Assembly (NCBI GenBank): GCA_964291215.2
Contig: OZ219791.1
Coordinates: 2,656,001 to 2,720,000 of the forward strand
From: Alphaproteobacteria bacterium
GTDB lineage: Bacteria > Pseudomonadota > Alphaproteobacteria > MPNO01 > UBA830
Reading direction: 5' to 3'
Length of the DNA stretch: 64,000 nucleotides
The notes below the pieces were generated by a model. It saw only the letters and a program-made list of their open reading frames with translations. It did no database searches and had not been told where the DNA came from. The translations under genes and the position numbers were made by a program. Shown here one piece after another: positions 20,325 through 30,433 of the stretch (the first letter of the stretch is position 1; every line of letters begins with the position of its first letter).

Positions 20325-20490
20325 GGTCCGCGAAGCCGGCGCACTCGCCGTCAACAGGCGGAATATCCAGCGACAAATCCTGCCCTTCTTCAAAGGCCGA
20401 CCGACCGCGGAGATCGACCGCGAGGAAGAGCAGCGCTGGTTTCGCTCTCTCCGCTCTCTCTATGTCACCCCGGCGGTGGCGAACCAGTTG
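20325..20490 (+). pseudogene. Tyrosine recombinase (core-binding domain) fragment
   Basis: VNRRNIQRQILPFFKGRPTAEIDRE..QRWF..L..TPAVAN resembles an integrase SAM-like segment; no start or catalytic domain. Confidence 0.55.
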
Positions 20491-20657
20491 GGTCGGACGG
20501 TTGGTCCGAAGTTCCAGCTAGGTGGTGAGCAGTTACTCCGCAATCTTGTTTTCGCCTTCCGGAAGTGCAGCCGGGTTGCGGTACTTCGGAACTCCGTCAA
20601 CCTCTGCTATAGGGGTGCCAGGGATATTTCACCGAGGCCGAAGGGACGGTCACGACG

Positions 20658-21650
20658 ATGGCGAACACCCCCGTATGGATCACGGAAAGGGACGTGGTCG
20701 AACTGATCAGCCTGCCGGAGGCCATCGAGGCCCTGAAACGCACGCTTGCGCTCGAGGCCGACGGTGGCGCGGAGAACCTTCCCAAGACCCACCTGATGGT
20801 GGCATCGAACGACGCCATGCACGCGATTGGCGCAGCTGTTGCCGGTGCCGGGATCTGCGGCTTCAAGGCCTGGGTCAACGTCCAGGGAAAGTCGGAGACC
20901 ACGATTACGCTCTTTTCGCTTGATGACGGCGCCTGCCTCGCCGTGGTCGAGGCCACGGCGCTGGGCCAGATAAGGACGGCGGCGATGACCGGCGTCGGCA
21001 CGTCGGAGCTGGCGCCCGGCGGCGCCGACGAGATGGGCATTGTCGGTACGGGAAAGCAGTCACTGCCCCAGATCGCTGCAGTGCATGCGGTGCGTCCGCT
21101 CAGGGCAGTACGGGTGGCGAGCCGCAACGCCGATACCCGCAAGGCCTTCGCCGAGACCGTGACCGGGCGCCTCGGAATTCCCGTGAGGCCCGTGGAGAAT
21201 GTCAGCGATGCGGTAAGGGATGCCCCGATCGTGACACTGATCACCAACTCGACGGAGACCTTCCTGTCCGCCGACATGCTGGCCGCCGGCAGTCACCTGA
21301 ACGCCATGGGCGCGATCGTGCCGGCGCGCCGCGAGTTCACGGACGACGTGTTCGACCGCGCCGATGCCGTCGTCGTCGACAGCCTGCGCGCCGTGCGCGA
21401 CCTGTCGTCCGAGTTCCGCCTGCATTTCGGCGCCGATGACAGCAAATGGGGTCGGGTGCGACCGATCTCCTCACTCGTTGCCTCCGGAGAGGGGCGGCCG
21501 GTTTCGGCCGATGTCACGCTGTTCAAGGCAATGGGCATGGGCCTCTCGGACCTCGCGCTGGCCATCGAGGTGCTCGCGCGCGCGCGCGCGGCAGGCCGGG
21601 GGCAGGCGGCTCCGGAACGGATCAAGCTGCCGCCGCGGCTCGTGACGTGA
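20658..21650 (+). CDS. Ornithine cyclodeaminase/mu-crystallin family protein
   Basis: LGQIRTAA, GTGKQS, HLNAMGA, TLFKAMGMGLSDLA. Confidence 0.9.
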   Translation: MANTPVWITERDVVELISLPEAIEALKRTLALEADGGAENLPKTHLMVASNDAMHAIGAAVAGAGICGFKAWVNVQGKSETTITLFSLDDGACLAVVEATALGQIRTAAMTGVGTSELAPGGADEMGIVGTGKQSLPQIAAVHAVRPLRAVRVASRNADTRKAFAETVTGRLGIPVRPVENVSDAVRDAPIVTLITNSTETFLSADMLAAGSHLNAMGAIVPARREFTDDVFDRADAVVVDSLRAVRDLSSEFRLHFGADDSKWGRVRPISSLVASGEGRPVSADVTLFKAMGMGLSDLALAIEVLARARAAGRGQAAPERIKLPPRLVT

Positions 21651-21678
21651 CCCGGACTCTGCGGCGGGGGAGCGCGCC

Positions 21679-23163
21679 GTGACCGAAGCGGCGGGCCCTG
21701 TCTTCGATGTCGTGGTCGTCGGCAGCGGAAGCGCCGGGCTCGCGGCCGCAATCGCTGCGGCCGAGCGCGGCGCCCAGACGCTGATGATCGAAAAGAACGC
21801 CGCGCTCGGCGGCACCAGCGGCTGGTCGGTGGGCTCGATCACGACCAGCGGTTCTCCCCATCAGGAGAGGGCCGGGATCGTCGACGATCCCGATCGTCAT
21901 TTCGCGGACATGGAACTGTTCCATGACGACCGGCTGCGTGGGCGCGACAACGAGACCCTCCGCCGGCTGCTTGTCGACAACCTTCCCGGCACCTTCCGCT
22001 GGCTCCTCGATGTCGGGCTCGTTTTCCACGGCCCGATGCCGGAGCCTCCCCACGCGGTGCCGCGGATGCACAACGTGATTCCGAACTCGCGGACCCTCGT
22101 TCATCATCTGTCACGTCATGCGCGTCGGCTCGGGGTCGAGGTCCGGACTTCGTGCCCGATGGAGGATCTGGTCGCGGAATGCGGCCGCGTGACCGGCGTG
22201 GTCGCTGGCGGCCGGAGGATCGGAGCCCGCCGCGGCGTGATCCTGGCGTCCGGCGACTTTTCCGCGAGCGATCCGCTCAAACGCCGCTATCTTGCCCCGG
22301 AGGCGGCGCGTGTGGCGCCGTTCAATCCCGATAGCACGGGAGACTGGCACGACCCGGCGATCGCGCTCGGCGCCCGGGTCGTCAACGGCGACATCGTGCT
22401 GGGACCCGAAATCCGCTTTGTGCCTCCGGCCCGCGAGACGCTGGTCCGGCGCCTGCCGCCGTGGCTCTGGCTCGCCCGCGTCGTGCGATGGTCGATCGAC
22501 CATGTGCCGCCGCGGATCCTGCGGCCGTTCGTGATGGGTTTTCTGACGACGGCGCTGATGCCGTCATCAGCCCTCTATCGTGACGGCGCGATCCTGATCA
22601 ACCGCTCGGGCGAGAGATTTACCGACGAGACTGCGGCGCCATGGGCGGACATGCCGGAACAGGCGGGCGGGGAGGCCTTCGTGCTGATGGACGGCGCGCT
22701 TGCCGGCCGTTACGGGTCGTGGCCCAACTTCATCTCGACGGCGCCCGGCATCGCCTACGCCTATCTCGGGGATTACCGGAGAAACCGGCGGGACATCTAC
22801 CATGAGGCCGGCTCACTCAACGGTCTTGCGCGGGCTCTCGGCATGGATGCAGGCGTTCTCGAGAGTACGGTGGCGCGCTGCAACCGCGAGCGCGCGGCCG
22901 ACGAACGGCGGCAGCTCGGAAAGGCGCCGTTCGTTGCGCTGGGCCCGGTCCGCGCCTTTGTTGTCGCGACCGACGGCGGCCTTGCTGTCGATGGACGCCT
23001 CCGGGTGCTCGGCCCCGGCGACGAGCCGATCGCCGGGCTTTATGCCGCCGGCTCGACCGGGCAGGGCGGATTGCTGCTCGAGGGCCACGGCCATCATCTG
23101 GGATGGGGCTTCGTCTCGGGCCGCATCGCCGGCCGCAACGCGGCCGCCGAGGCCGGCGGTTGA
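21679..23163 (+). CDS. FAD-dependent oxidoreductase (FAD_binding_2; fumarate reductase/ketosteroid dehydrogenase-like)
   Basis: DVVVVGSGSAGL, GGTSGWS, VILASGDF, TDGGL, GLYAAG, SGRIAG. Confidence 0.88.
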   Translation: MTEAAGPVFDVVVVGSGSAGLAAAIAAAERGAQTLMIEKNAALGGTSGWSVGSITTSGSPHQERAGIVDDPDRHFADMELFHDDRLRGRDNETLRRLLVDNLPGTFRWLLDVGLVFHGPMPEPPHAVPRMHNVIPNSRTLVHHLSRHARRLGVEVRTSCPMEDLVAECGRVTGVVAGGRRIGARRGVILASGDFSASDPLKRRYLAPEAARVAPFNPDSTGDWHDPAIALGARVVNGDIVLGPEIRFVPPARETLVRRLPPWLWLARVVRWSIDHVPPRILRPFVMGFLTTALMPSSALYRDGAILINRSGERFTDETAAPWADMPEQAGGEAFVLMDGALAGRYGSWPNFISTAPGIAYAYLGDYRRNRRDIYHEAGSLNGLARALGMDAGVLESTVARCNRERAADERRQLGKAPFVALGPVRAFVVATDGGLAVDGRLRVLGPGDEPIAGLYAAGSTGQGGLLLEGHGHHLGWGFVSGRIAGRNAAAEAGG

Positions 23164-23207
23164 CCGGATCCGGCGGGGGCCGCCCCGCCGACCTGTCAGG
23201 AGGGGTG

Positions 23208-24335
23208 CTACGCCGACGGCAGTTCCACCGTCCATGCATCGTAGCCGTACACCCAGTCGGGATCGGTTCGTCGACGCATGAACTCGTTGCGATGCGAGGT
23301 CGCCTGGATCTCGGACGTCCGCGGCTTGCGCGCGGCCTCGAAGCGCCGGAACGCCGTGGCGGGGTCGCCGCCATCCGCCAGGCATCGGGACAGTACCGCG
23401 GCGTCCTCGAGCGCGGTTGCCGCTCCCTGGGCCATGTAGGGGGTCATCGGATGGCACGCGTCGCCGAGGAGCGTGACCCCGTCTTTGCTCCATCCGGGGA
23501 GCGGGTCGCGTTCGAACAGCGCCCATTTGTGGACATCGGGACACGCGTCGAGAACCGCTCGCACATCTTCGTGGAAGCCGGAAAACGTTTCCCGGAGATC
23601 GTCAAGGCTGCCTTTCGCCGACCATGATTCCATGCGCCAGTCAGGTTCGGGGTGACTGGTCGTGAAATAGATCTCGTCGCGGTTCCCGGTGACGTAGTAG
23701 ATGACGATGTGGCGATCCGGCCCCCACCATTTCACGCTGTCATCAAGGAGGCGGCCGTCCAGACGCGCCGCCGCAAAGGTTGCGCGGTAGGCGGCGTTTC
23801 CGGTGAAGCGCGGGCTCTCGGCGCCCAGCATCCAATCGCGTACCACGGAATGCACACCGTCGGCGGCGATTACGGTGTCGGCGCGCGCTGCAGCGCCGTC
23901 GGCGAACCGGAGCGTGATGCCGCGCCCTGACCGGTCGAGACCGGCGAGCTTGTGGTCGTAGCGGATGGAGCTATCGGGCACGGCTGCGTGAAGCGCCGCG
24001 TGGAGGTCGCCGCGGTGCATCAGGAGATAGGGGACGCCGTAGCGCGCCGCCGCGTTTGGCCCGAGCGGGTGCTCGTTGGACATCCGGCCGCTGTCGTGGT
24101 CGCGGTTGCGCCACGATGGCGGCGTGAACGCGGCCTGCCGGACGCGTTCGCCGACGCCGAGGCCATCGAGCACGCGCACGGCGTTGGGACTCATCTGGAT
24201 GCCGGCGCCGACCCGCGCGAAGCCTGGCGCCTGCTCGTAAATGACGGTTTCGATACCGGCGCGCCGCAGCGCGGCGGCGGTCGCGAGGCCGCCGATCCCG
24301 GCCCCGATGATGGCGATGCTCGGATGGTCAGCCAT
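23208..24335 (-). CDS. FAD-dependent monooxygenase (6-hydroxynicotinate 3-monooxygenase/salicylate hydroxylase-like)
   Basis: GAGIGG, VGAGIQ, HRGDLH, ADGVHS, KWWGPDRH, GDACHPMTPYMAQG, DWVYGYD. Confidence 0.9.
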   Translation of the reverse strand: MADHPSIAIIGAGIGGLATAAALRRAGIETVIYEQAPGFARVGAGIQMSPNAVRVLDGLGVGERVRQAAFTPPSWRNRDHDSGRMSNEHPLGPNAAARYGVPYLLMHRGDLHAALHAAVPDSSIRYDHKLAGLDRSGRGITLRFADGAAARADTVIAADGVHSVVRDWMLGAESPRFTGNAAYRATFAAARLDGRLLDDSVKWWGPDRHIVIYYVTGNRDEIYFTTSHPEPDWRMESWSAKGSLDDLRETFSGFHEDVRAVLDACPDVHKWALFERDPLPGWSKDGVTLLGDACHPMTPYMAQGAATALEDAAVLSRCLADGGDPATAFRRFEAARKPRTSEIQATSHRNEFMRRRTDPDWVYGYDAWTVELPSA

Positions 24336-24362
24336 CGCTGGTTATGGCGAAGCGCAGCCGCC

Positions 24363-25352
24363 CTAGGCCATCAGCAGCACCGACTTGCCCACGATCTTCC
24401 GCTCCTCGAGCATCCCGATTCCGTCGAGATACTGCTCGAAGTCGAAGCGCTTCATGATATGAGGGTCGATCTTGCCGGCGAGCAGGAGTTCGAAAAGCGC
24501 CTGCTGCGCCTCGGCAACCACGGGAGACCGTGCCTTGATGTAGTCGTTCACGGTCGAGCCGACGACGGCGATGTTCTTGAGGAGCAGGTAGTTGGTGCGG
24601 ACCGACGGGATCGTGCCGGAGGTGAAGCCGGACACCACGACGCGCCCCTCGCTCGCGATGGCGCGAAGCGTGGCGTCGAAGACCTCGCCGCCCACGAGAT
24701 CGAAGGCGAGATCGATCCCGCGTCCGCCGGTAGCCTCGAATACCTGCCGCCGCAGCTCGTCGCGCAGGTCGTCGCCCGACAGGTCGATCACCGCGTCGGC
24801 GCCGGCGGCAAGCACGGCGTCAGCCTTCGAGGGTGTCGTCAGCCCCGCAAGCACCGGGGCGGCGCCGAGGGCGCGCGCGACGCTCACCGATGCGAGCCCG
24901 ACGCCGCCCGACGCTCCATTGACGAGGACGACATCGCCCTCGCCAAGGCCGCCGCGGCGTGTCAGGGCAATATAGGCCGTGAGGTAGGCGAGCCCCATGG
25001 CGGCCGCGGCGTCGAATGCGACGCCGTCAGGGAGCGGAAATGCCAGTTCTCCCCGGCAGACCGCCTTTTCCGCCATGGCGCCGTGGATCACGTGGGCAAT
25101 GACCCGATCGCCGGCCTTGAGGCCGCTGACCCCGGGTCCGACCGCCGAGACGATTCCGGCGGCATCCTTGCCCGGCGTGAACGGTACCGGGGGATTGTTC
25201 TGATACTTGCCGTCGAGGGACAGGAGATCGGTGAAGTTGATGCCGCAGGCCTTGACGTCGACGAGGATCTCGCCGTCGCCGGGCACCGGATCGGGAAGTT
25301 CCTCGATTCCCGAATCGCGGTTGCTGGTGTCCCTGATTACGACGGCGCGCAT
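24363..25352 (-). CDS. NADPH:quinone oxidoreductase family (MDR) protein
   Basis: GINFTD..GKYQ, PFTPG, GASGGVG, GFTSG, LLKNI. Confidence 0.92.
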   Translation of the reverse strand: MRAVVIRDTSNRDSGIEELPDPVPGDGEILVDVKACGINFTDLLSLDGKYQNNPPVPFTPGKDAAGIVSAVGPGVSGLKAGDRVIAHVIHGAMAEKAVCRGELAFPLPDGVAFDAAAAMGLAYLTAYIALTRRGGLGEGDVVLVNGASGGVGLASVSVARALGAAPVLAGLTTPSKADAVLAAGADAVIDLSGDDLRDELRRQVFEATGGRGIDLAFDLVGGEVFDATLRAIASEGRVVVSGFTSGTIPSVRTNYLLLKNIAVVGSTVNDYIKARSPVVAEAQQALFELLLAGKIDPHIMKRFDFEQYLDGIGMLEERKIVGKSVLLMA

Positions 25353-25486
25353 GGCTTTCTCCCGGTTTTCGCCTACGATGCGACCGTCATATAGCCGATC
25401 GCCGGGAGCTTTTGAACCGAACCGGCGGAAGGCGGCGCGCGCGTGCCGCCCCGGGCCAGGCGGCCCCGGGAGGAGGGGAACGAGGC

Positions 25487-26371
25487 ATGGTTTCAGGCGG
25501 CATGATCGGCGATATCGCGTGGCACCGGGTGGTCGAGACCGAGGGGCCGGAATTCGACATCGGTTTTTTGCTGCCGGATGCCGATGCGGAGGCTGTCGAC
25601 GCGCATCGTTCGTGGATGGAGCCACGGTTCCTCGAGCCCGGAACCGGGCGTCTGGTCATGGCGGTGCAATCCTACGTGCTGCGCACCCGCTACCACGTGA
25701 TTCTCGTCGATTCCTGCGTCGGCAACGACAAGGAGCGGCGCTTTCATGCGCCCTGGTCCGGGCGCACCGGGACCGACTACCTGAGCCGCCTCGGTGCGAT
25801 CGGTCTCTCCGTCGAGGATGTCGATTTCGTGATGTGCACGCACCTGCACGCCGACCATGTCGGCTGGAACACGCGGCTGGTCGACGGACGCTGGGTGCCG
25901 ACCTTTCCGAACGCCCGCTATGTCTTCGCGCGCACCGAATTCGACTACTGGTCGGAACTCAACGAGAAGGGCAAGAAGTATTCCGATGGCTGCATCGACG
26001 ACAGCGTCCTGCCCGTGGTCGAGGCCGGCCAGGCCGAAATCGTCTCCGATGACCATGCCTTCGACGACCGCATCCGGTTCGAGCCGACGCCGGGGCACAC
26101 GCCCGGGCACGTCAGCATCCATCTTTCCGGCGGCGGGCGGGCGGCGGTGATATCGGGCGACGTCATCCATACCCCGGTCCAGTGCCGGGAGCCGGCCTGG
26201 AGCGCCGTCGGTTGCGCCGACCGCCGACAGTCGGCGGCGACACGCGCCGCCTTCCTCGACAGGCACTGCGAGACCGATACGCTCGTCATGACGAGTCATT
26301 TCCCGTCGCCGTCCGTCGGCCATGTGCGGAGATTGGGGGACGCGTTCGATTTCGCGTTCGCCGATGGCTGA
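25487..26371 (+). CDS. MBL-fold metallo-hydrolase
   Basis: THLHADHVGWNT, PGHTPGH, GDVIH, HFP. Confidence 0.92.
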   Translation: MVSGGMIGDIAWHRVVETEGPEFDIGFLLPDADAEAVDAHRSWMEPRFLEPGTGRLVMAVQSYVLRTRYHVILVDSCVGNDKERRFHAPWSGRTGTDYLSRLGAIGLSVEDVDFVMCTHLHADHVGWNTRLVDGRWVPTFPNARYVFARTEFDYWSELNEKGKKYSDGCIDDSVLPVVEAGQAEIVSDDHAFDDRIRFEPTPGHTPGHVSIHLSGGGRAAVISGDVIHTPVQCREPAWSAVGCADRRQSAATRAAFLDRHCETDTLVMTSHFPSPSVGHVRRLGDAFDFAFADG

Positions 26372-26456
26372 TGGACAGCGGCGGCGCATCGCTGATAATG
26401 GCGGGGTGCGGTCGCGGGCGTGCGGCAACGGACAATATTCGAGGAGGAGCGCGGGC

Positions 26457-28001
26457 ATGCTGAACAGGACGATCGGCCAGATCCTGCCCGAAACTGCGGC
26501 GCGTTTCGGGGACCGCACGGCGCTGGTGTTCGAGCGGCGGTCCTTCACCTTCGTCGAGCTCGAGGCGCTGACGAGCCGCCTCGCATCCGGGCTTGCGGAA
26601 ACCGGCGTCGGCACCGGCGACCGGGTGACGCTCTATGCCCAGAACAGCTGGGAATGGGTCGTGGCCTACTACGCGATAGCCAAGGCCGGCGGCGTGATCA
26701 ACCCGATCAACTCGATGCTGACGCCCTCCGAGGTCGCATACGTGGTCCGGCACTGCGGAGCAAAGGCGCTGTTCACGACCGCGGACGGTGCAGGCCCGAT
26801 TCTCAAAGCGACGGGCGACAGCGATCTTCGCGAGATCATCGCGTTCGGCGGCGACGCTCCCGAGGGCGCGTCGTCCTTCGATTCACTGCTGGCCCGGGGC
26901 AGCGAAGACTTCACGCCCGTGGATGTCGCGGCGACCGACCTGTCGACGATCTGCTACACGTCGGGAACGACCGGGTTCCCGAAGGGCGCAATGCTGAGCC
27001 ACCGGAACGTGATTCTCAATGCCGCGATGACGGCGGCGATGAACATGCGCGTTGCCGACGATGTGCAGATCACGGCGCTGCCCTGCGCCCATGTCTACGG
27101 CGCTGCGGTCATGAACCTGTGCGCGCTGCTGGGCAGCACCTTCGTCCTCCTCGAGCGTTTCGACGCGGTCGAGCTGATGGCCGGGATCCAGGAACACCGT
27201 GCGACCGTCATGGACGGCGTGCCGACGATGTACTTCTACATCCTCGCCAACCCGGCCTTCGACGACTACGACCTGTCGTCGCTCACCCGCACGGTTGTTG
27301 GCGGGCAGACCATGCCTGCCGCCAAGTCCGAGGAATGGACCGCCCGCGTTGGCTGTCCGGTACTGGAGCTCTGGGGCATGACGGAACTGGCCGGCCCCGG
27401 GCTCATGCAGCATTCCTACGGCGAGAACCGCCTCGGTTCGGTCGGCATCGAGATGCCGTATCTGCGGGCGAAGATTGCCGATCCGGAAGATGCCTCGAAA
27501 ACGCTTCCCTGCGGCGAAGTCGGAGAGCTGATGGTGTCAGGACCGCTGGTGATGATGGGGTATTACGGCAACGAGGATGCGACGCGTGAGACGATCGAGC
27601 CCGACGGCTGGCTTCATTCCGGGGATCTCGCGCGCATGGATGAGGAGGGCTATTTCTACATCGTCGACCGCAAGAAGGACATGATCCTGACGGCTGGCTA
27701 CAACATCTACCCGGCCGAGATCGAGCGCGTCATATCCGCCCACCCCGCCGTCGCCATGGTCGGTGTCGGCGCCAAGCAGGATGCTGCCAAGGGCGAGATT
27801 GCGAAGGCCTACGTGGTGCTCAAGCCGGAAGGCGGTGCGACGCCGTCCGACATCGAGACGCACTGCCGCGCCCACATGGCGGCCTACAAGGTTCCGCGCG
27901 AGATCCAGATTGTCGACGACCTGCCGACGACCTCGACGGGAAAGATCCTGCGCCGCGAACTCCACACGCTGGAAGCCGGCGCGGAGATCGCGCCGCAATA
28001 G
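26457..28001 (+). CDS. AMP-dependent acyl-CoA ligase
   Basis: YTSGTTGFPKG, WGMTE, WLHSGD, DRKKDMI, TGKI; RBS GAGGAGG. Confidence 0.93.
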   Translation: MLNRTIGQILPETAARFGDRTALVFERRSFTFVELEALTSRLASGLAETGVGTGDRVTLYAQNSWEWVVAYYAIAKAGGVINPINSMLTPSEVAYVVRHCGAKALFTTADGAGPILKATGDSDLREIIAFGGDAPEGASSFDSLLARGSEDFTPVDVAATDLSTICYTSGTTGFPKGAMLSHRNVILNAAMTAAMNMRVADDVQITALPCAHVYGAAVMNLCALLGSTFVLLERFDAVELMAGIQEHRATVMDGVPTMYFYILANPAFDDYDLSSLTRTVVGGQTMPAAKSEEWTARVGCPVLELWGMTELAGPGLMQHSYGENRLGSVGIEMPYLRAKIADPEDASKTLPCGEVGELMVSGPLVMMGYYGNEDATRETIEPDGWLHSGDLARMDEEGYFYIVDRKKDMILTAGYNIYPAEIERVISAHPAVAMVGVGAKQDAAKGEIAKAYVVLKPEGGATPSDIETHCRAHMAAYKVPREIQIVDDLPTTSTGKILRRELHTLEAGAEIAPQ

Positions 28002-28021
28002 CCGCCAGGGAGATCTGCGTC

Positions 28022-28771
28022 ATGGCCGACACGGCAGTCTTCGAACCGGGCGGTTACCGCTATGTCCGGGGACCGTTCCAGTATTCAGGCGGCGTTGCGG
28101 CCGAACCGGGCTTCGCGATCGAGCGCGTGCGGTTCGCCAGGCCGCTGCCGCTCGCGGAAGGCTTTGCCGCGGTCGAGCGCTACCTTGCCGGGCTGGCGCG
28201 GGATCCGGTGGCATTCTGCGCCTGCGAGCTTCGTTCTCCGGCGCCGTTTTCCGAACAGGGATTCCGCGACTTCAACCGCATCTATGTCGGTACCCTCGAA
28301 CGCTGGGGTATCGTGCGCGGGGACACGAACCCGGTGGCGCGCTCCAACGTGTGCCCGGTTGTCGATCCGCCGCTCCAGCCGGTCCTTTACGCCTTCAGCT
28401 ATACGGTTCCCTCGCCGGCTGCCGGTTCGGACTTCGTCGTCGCCGGCTCGGCCGAAGCCCCGGAAGGCCATGCCAATTACCGCGATCATATCGTGCGCCT
28501 TGGCGAGACGTCGGAAGATGCTCTCCGCGAAAAGGCGCGTTTCGTGCTCGGCGCTATGGAGAACCGCATGGCCGGGCTCGGCGCCAGCTGGCCTTCCGTT
28601 ACCGCCACCCAGGCCTATACGGTGCACGACCTGCATCCCTTCCTTGGCGACGAGATCGTGGCGCGCGAAGCGTCACCCTTCGGGCTGACTTGGCACTATG
28701 CGCGGCCGCCGGTGGAAGGGCTCGAATACGAGATGGATGTTCGCGGCGTGGCGATGGAACGCGTGCTCTGA
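28022..28771 (+). CDS. CnbZ-like (2-amino-5-chloromuconate deaminase-like) protein
   Basis: GGYRY..FQYSGGVAA.PG, CACELRSPAPF, NPVARSNV, RPPV.GLEYEMD, recalled as typical of this family. Confidence 0.7.
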   Translation: MADTAVFEPGGYRYVRGPFQYSGGVAAEPGFAIERVRFARPLPLAEGFAAVERYLAGLARDPVAFCACELRSPAPFSEQGFRDFNRIYVGTLERWGIVRGDTNPVARSNVCPVVDPPLQPVLYAFSYTVPSPAAGSDFVVAGSAEAPEGHANYRDHIVRLGETSEDALREKARFVLGAMENRMAGLGASWPSVTATQAYTVHDLHPFLGDEIVAREASPFGLTWHYARPPVEGLEYEMDVRGVAMERVL

Positions 28772-28825
28772 TCTGTGCCTGCGGTGAGCGCCCAGGCCTG
28801 CCCGTCGGTCCGATGACGCTGCGGA

Positions 28826-29848
28826 TCAGTGCTGGCGGGGCTTGTGCGTCAGCTTCGCGCGGTCGGTGGTAATGACCGAGACCTCGATGACCTTGCGTTC
28901 GCGCAGCAGGGTGAGGTCTACCGGAACGCCGGCCGTTCCCGACCCCCACAGCTTGCGGTAGAAGCCGGGAAGGCCTTTTACGTCCTCGCCATTGACGGCG
29001 AGTACCACGTCCCCCGGTTCCACTCCGGCCTTGGCGGCCGGGCCGCGTTCGGACAGCGACGTGATCAGCAGATGCCCCATCGTCTCGACGGTATAGATCC
29101 CGAGCCACGGCCGCGGGGGAACGCCTGTCGTTCCCTTTTCCAGAAGCGTGTCGAAGATCGGCTCGAGCAGGGCGATCGGCACGAACATGTTGCCGGGGCG
29201 CTTCTCGGTTTCGTCGTCCTCGGGATCCTGGACGAACAGCGAGCCGATGCCCACGAGCTTCCCCGATTCGTCGATCAGCGCGGCCCCCGACCACATCGGG
29301 TGTGGCGGTTCGGTAAAGATGGCGCTCGGGATCAGGTATTCCCAGTAGCCTGCGAATTCGCGCACCGAGGAGACGGTTGCCGCCAGCGCCTGGGCAGGCC
29401 CGCCATGCGCGCCCACGGTGAGCACGTCGCCTTCACGTATATTGTCCGAGTCGCCGAACGCGACCGGCTCCAGGCCGAGGTCATGGCTGGTGCGGAGCAG
29501 ACCGAATCCGGTTTCGTAGTGATAGGCCACGACATGTGCTTCGGCGACACCGCCGATCCGGGTACCTACCATCACCAGATCGCATTCGTTGATCAGATAG
29601 CCAATGGTGACGAGAAGTCCGTCGCTGGAGATCAGGACGGCGTTGCCTTCGCGCTCGGTCCCGAGATAGGACGCCGAAAATGCGTCCTTCGGCGCACGCG
29701 CCTGCAGCGGCACGACCGCGGAGAGGATCTTGTCGAGATCGTAGGAGAGCGCTGCCGGATCGGGCCGTGGCGCACTGGCCAGGGCCGAATGGAAGGGCGA
29801 AGCGGCGCCGGACGGCCGCTGGCCGTTCGCCCTGTCTACTCCTGTCAT
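28826..29848 (-). CDS. S1C (HtrA-like) serine protease-fold protein with PDZ domain
   Basis: EFAGYWEY, LVGIGSL, RPWLG, GPAAKAG PDZ; catalytic residues degenerate. Confidence 0.85.
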   Translation of the reverse strand: MTGVDRANGQRPSGAASPFHSALASAPRPDPAALSYDLDKILSAVVPLQARAPKDAFSASYLGTEREGNAVLISSDGLLVTIGYLINECDLVMVGTRIGGVAEAHVVAYHYETGFGLLRTSHDLGLEPVAFGDSDNIREGDVLTVGAHGGPAQALAATVSSVREFAGYWEYLIPSAIFTEPPHPMWSGAALIDESGKLVGIGSLFVQDPEDDETEKRPGNMFVPIALLEPIFDTLLEKGTTGVPPRPWLGIYTVETMGHLLITSLSERGPAAKAGVEPGDVVLAVNGEDVKGLPGFYRKLWGSGTAGVPVDLTLLRERKVIEVSVITTDRAKLTHKPRQH

Positions 29849-29967
29849 TACCAATCACCCTCTCTGCTATGGGCCGCGAGTCTAGAACATTTGATACGGT
29901 TGGGAAAACATCGTGCGGGTCTCCCCAGGGCTCTTCTTTTGTCCGGTTTCGTCCGACGAGGGGCGTT

Positions 29968-30290
29968 CTAGGCAGATCTGGAGGTCCATTCGGGAGCGGA
30001 TTTCGTTGTCGATGTGCCGGTTCCGACCTTGAGACGGTGCCACCAACTTCAAGAACGGCCGCTCTGACGCGGTTGTCCGCCGCCGACCGCGACAACAGAA
30101 TGGTCCTGCGGGTCTCCCCGACAGCGCGAATGCGAAGACCGCGCCGGGCCGACACCGCATCACGGCGGGTGCGGCCTGCGGCCAGTCCGTCTCTGACCGG
30201 CGGCTGCAGTGCGTTTCCGATACCCGGTTGGCGCTGGCGGGAATAAGCGGCGCGTGCCAAAATGGCGAAGGATGCTGGCGCCTCCGCGAG
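29968..30290 (-). pseudogene. Possible eroded XRE-family HTH regulator
   Basis: Fragments ANRVSE and ETRRTILLSRS..DNRVRAAVLE resemble alphaproteobacterial XRE regulators often found beside Smr genes. Confidence 0.25.
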
Positions 30291-30433
30291 GAGGCGCCGG
30301 GCACAGGCTGTACCCGGACCGGGCGCGGCGCCGAAACAGGATTGGGAAGGACCGCGGATGCGGGGCGTTTGCCCCGTTCCGGCGCCCCGGAACCCGGCAG
30401 GGGCCGGTTGCACGATACCGGAAGGTGAGCTGG

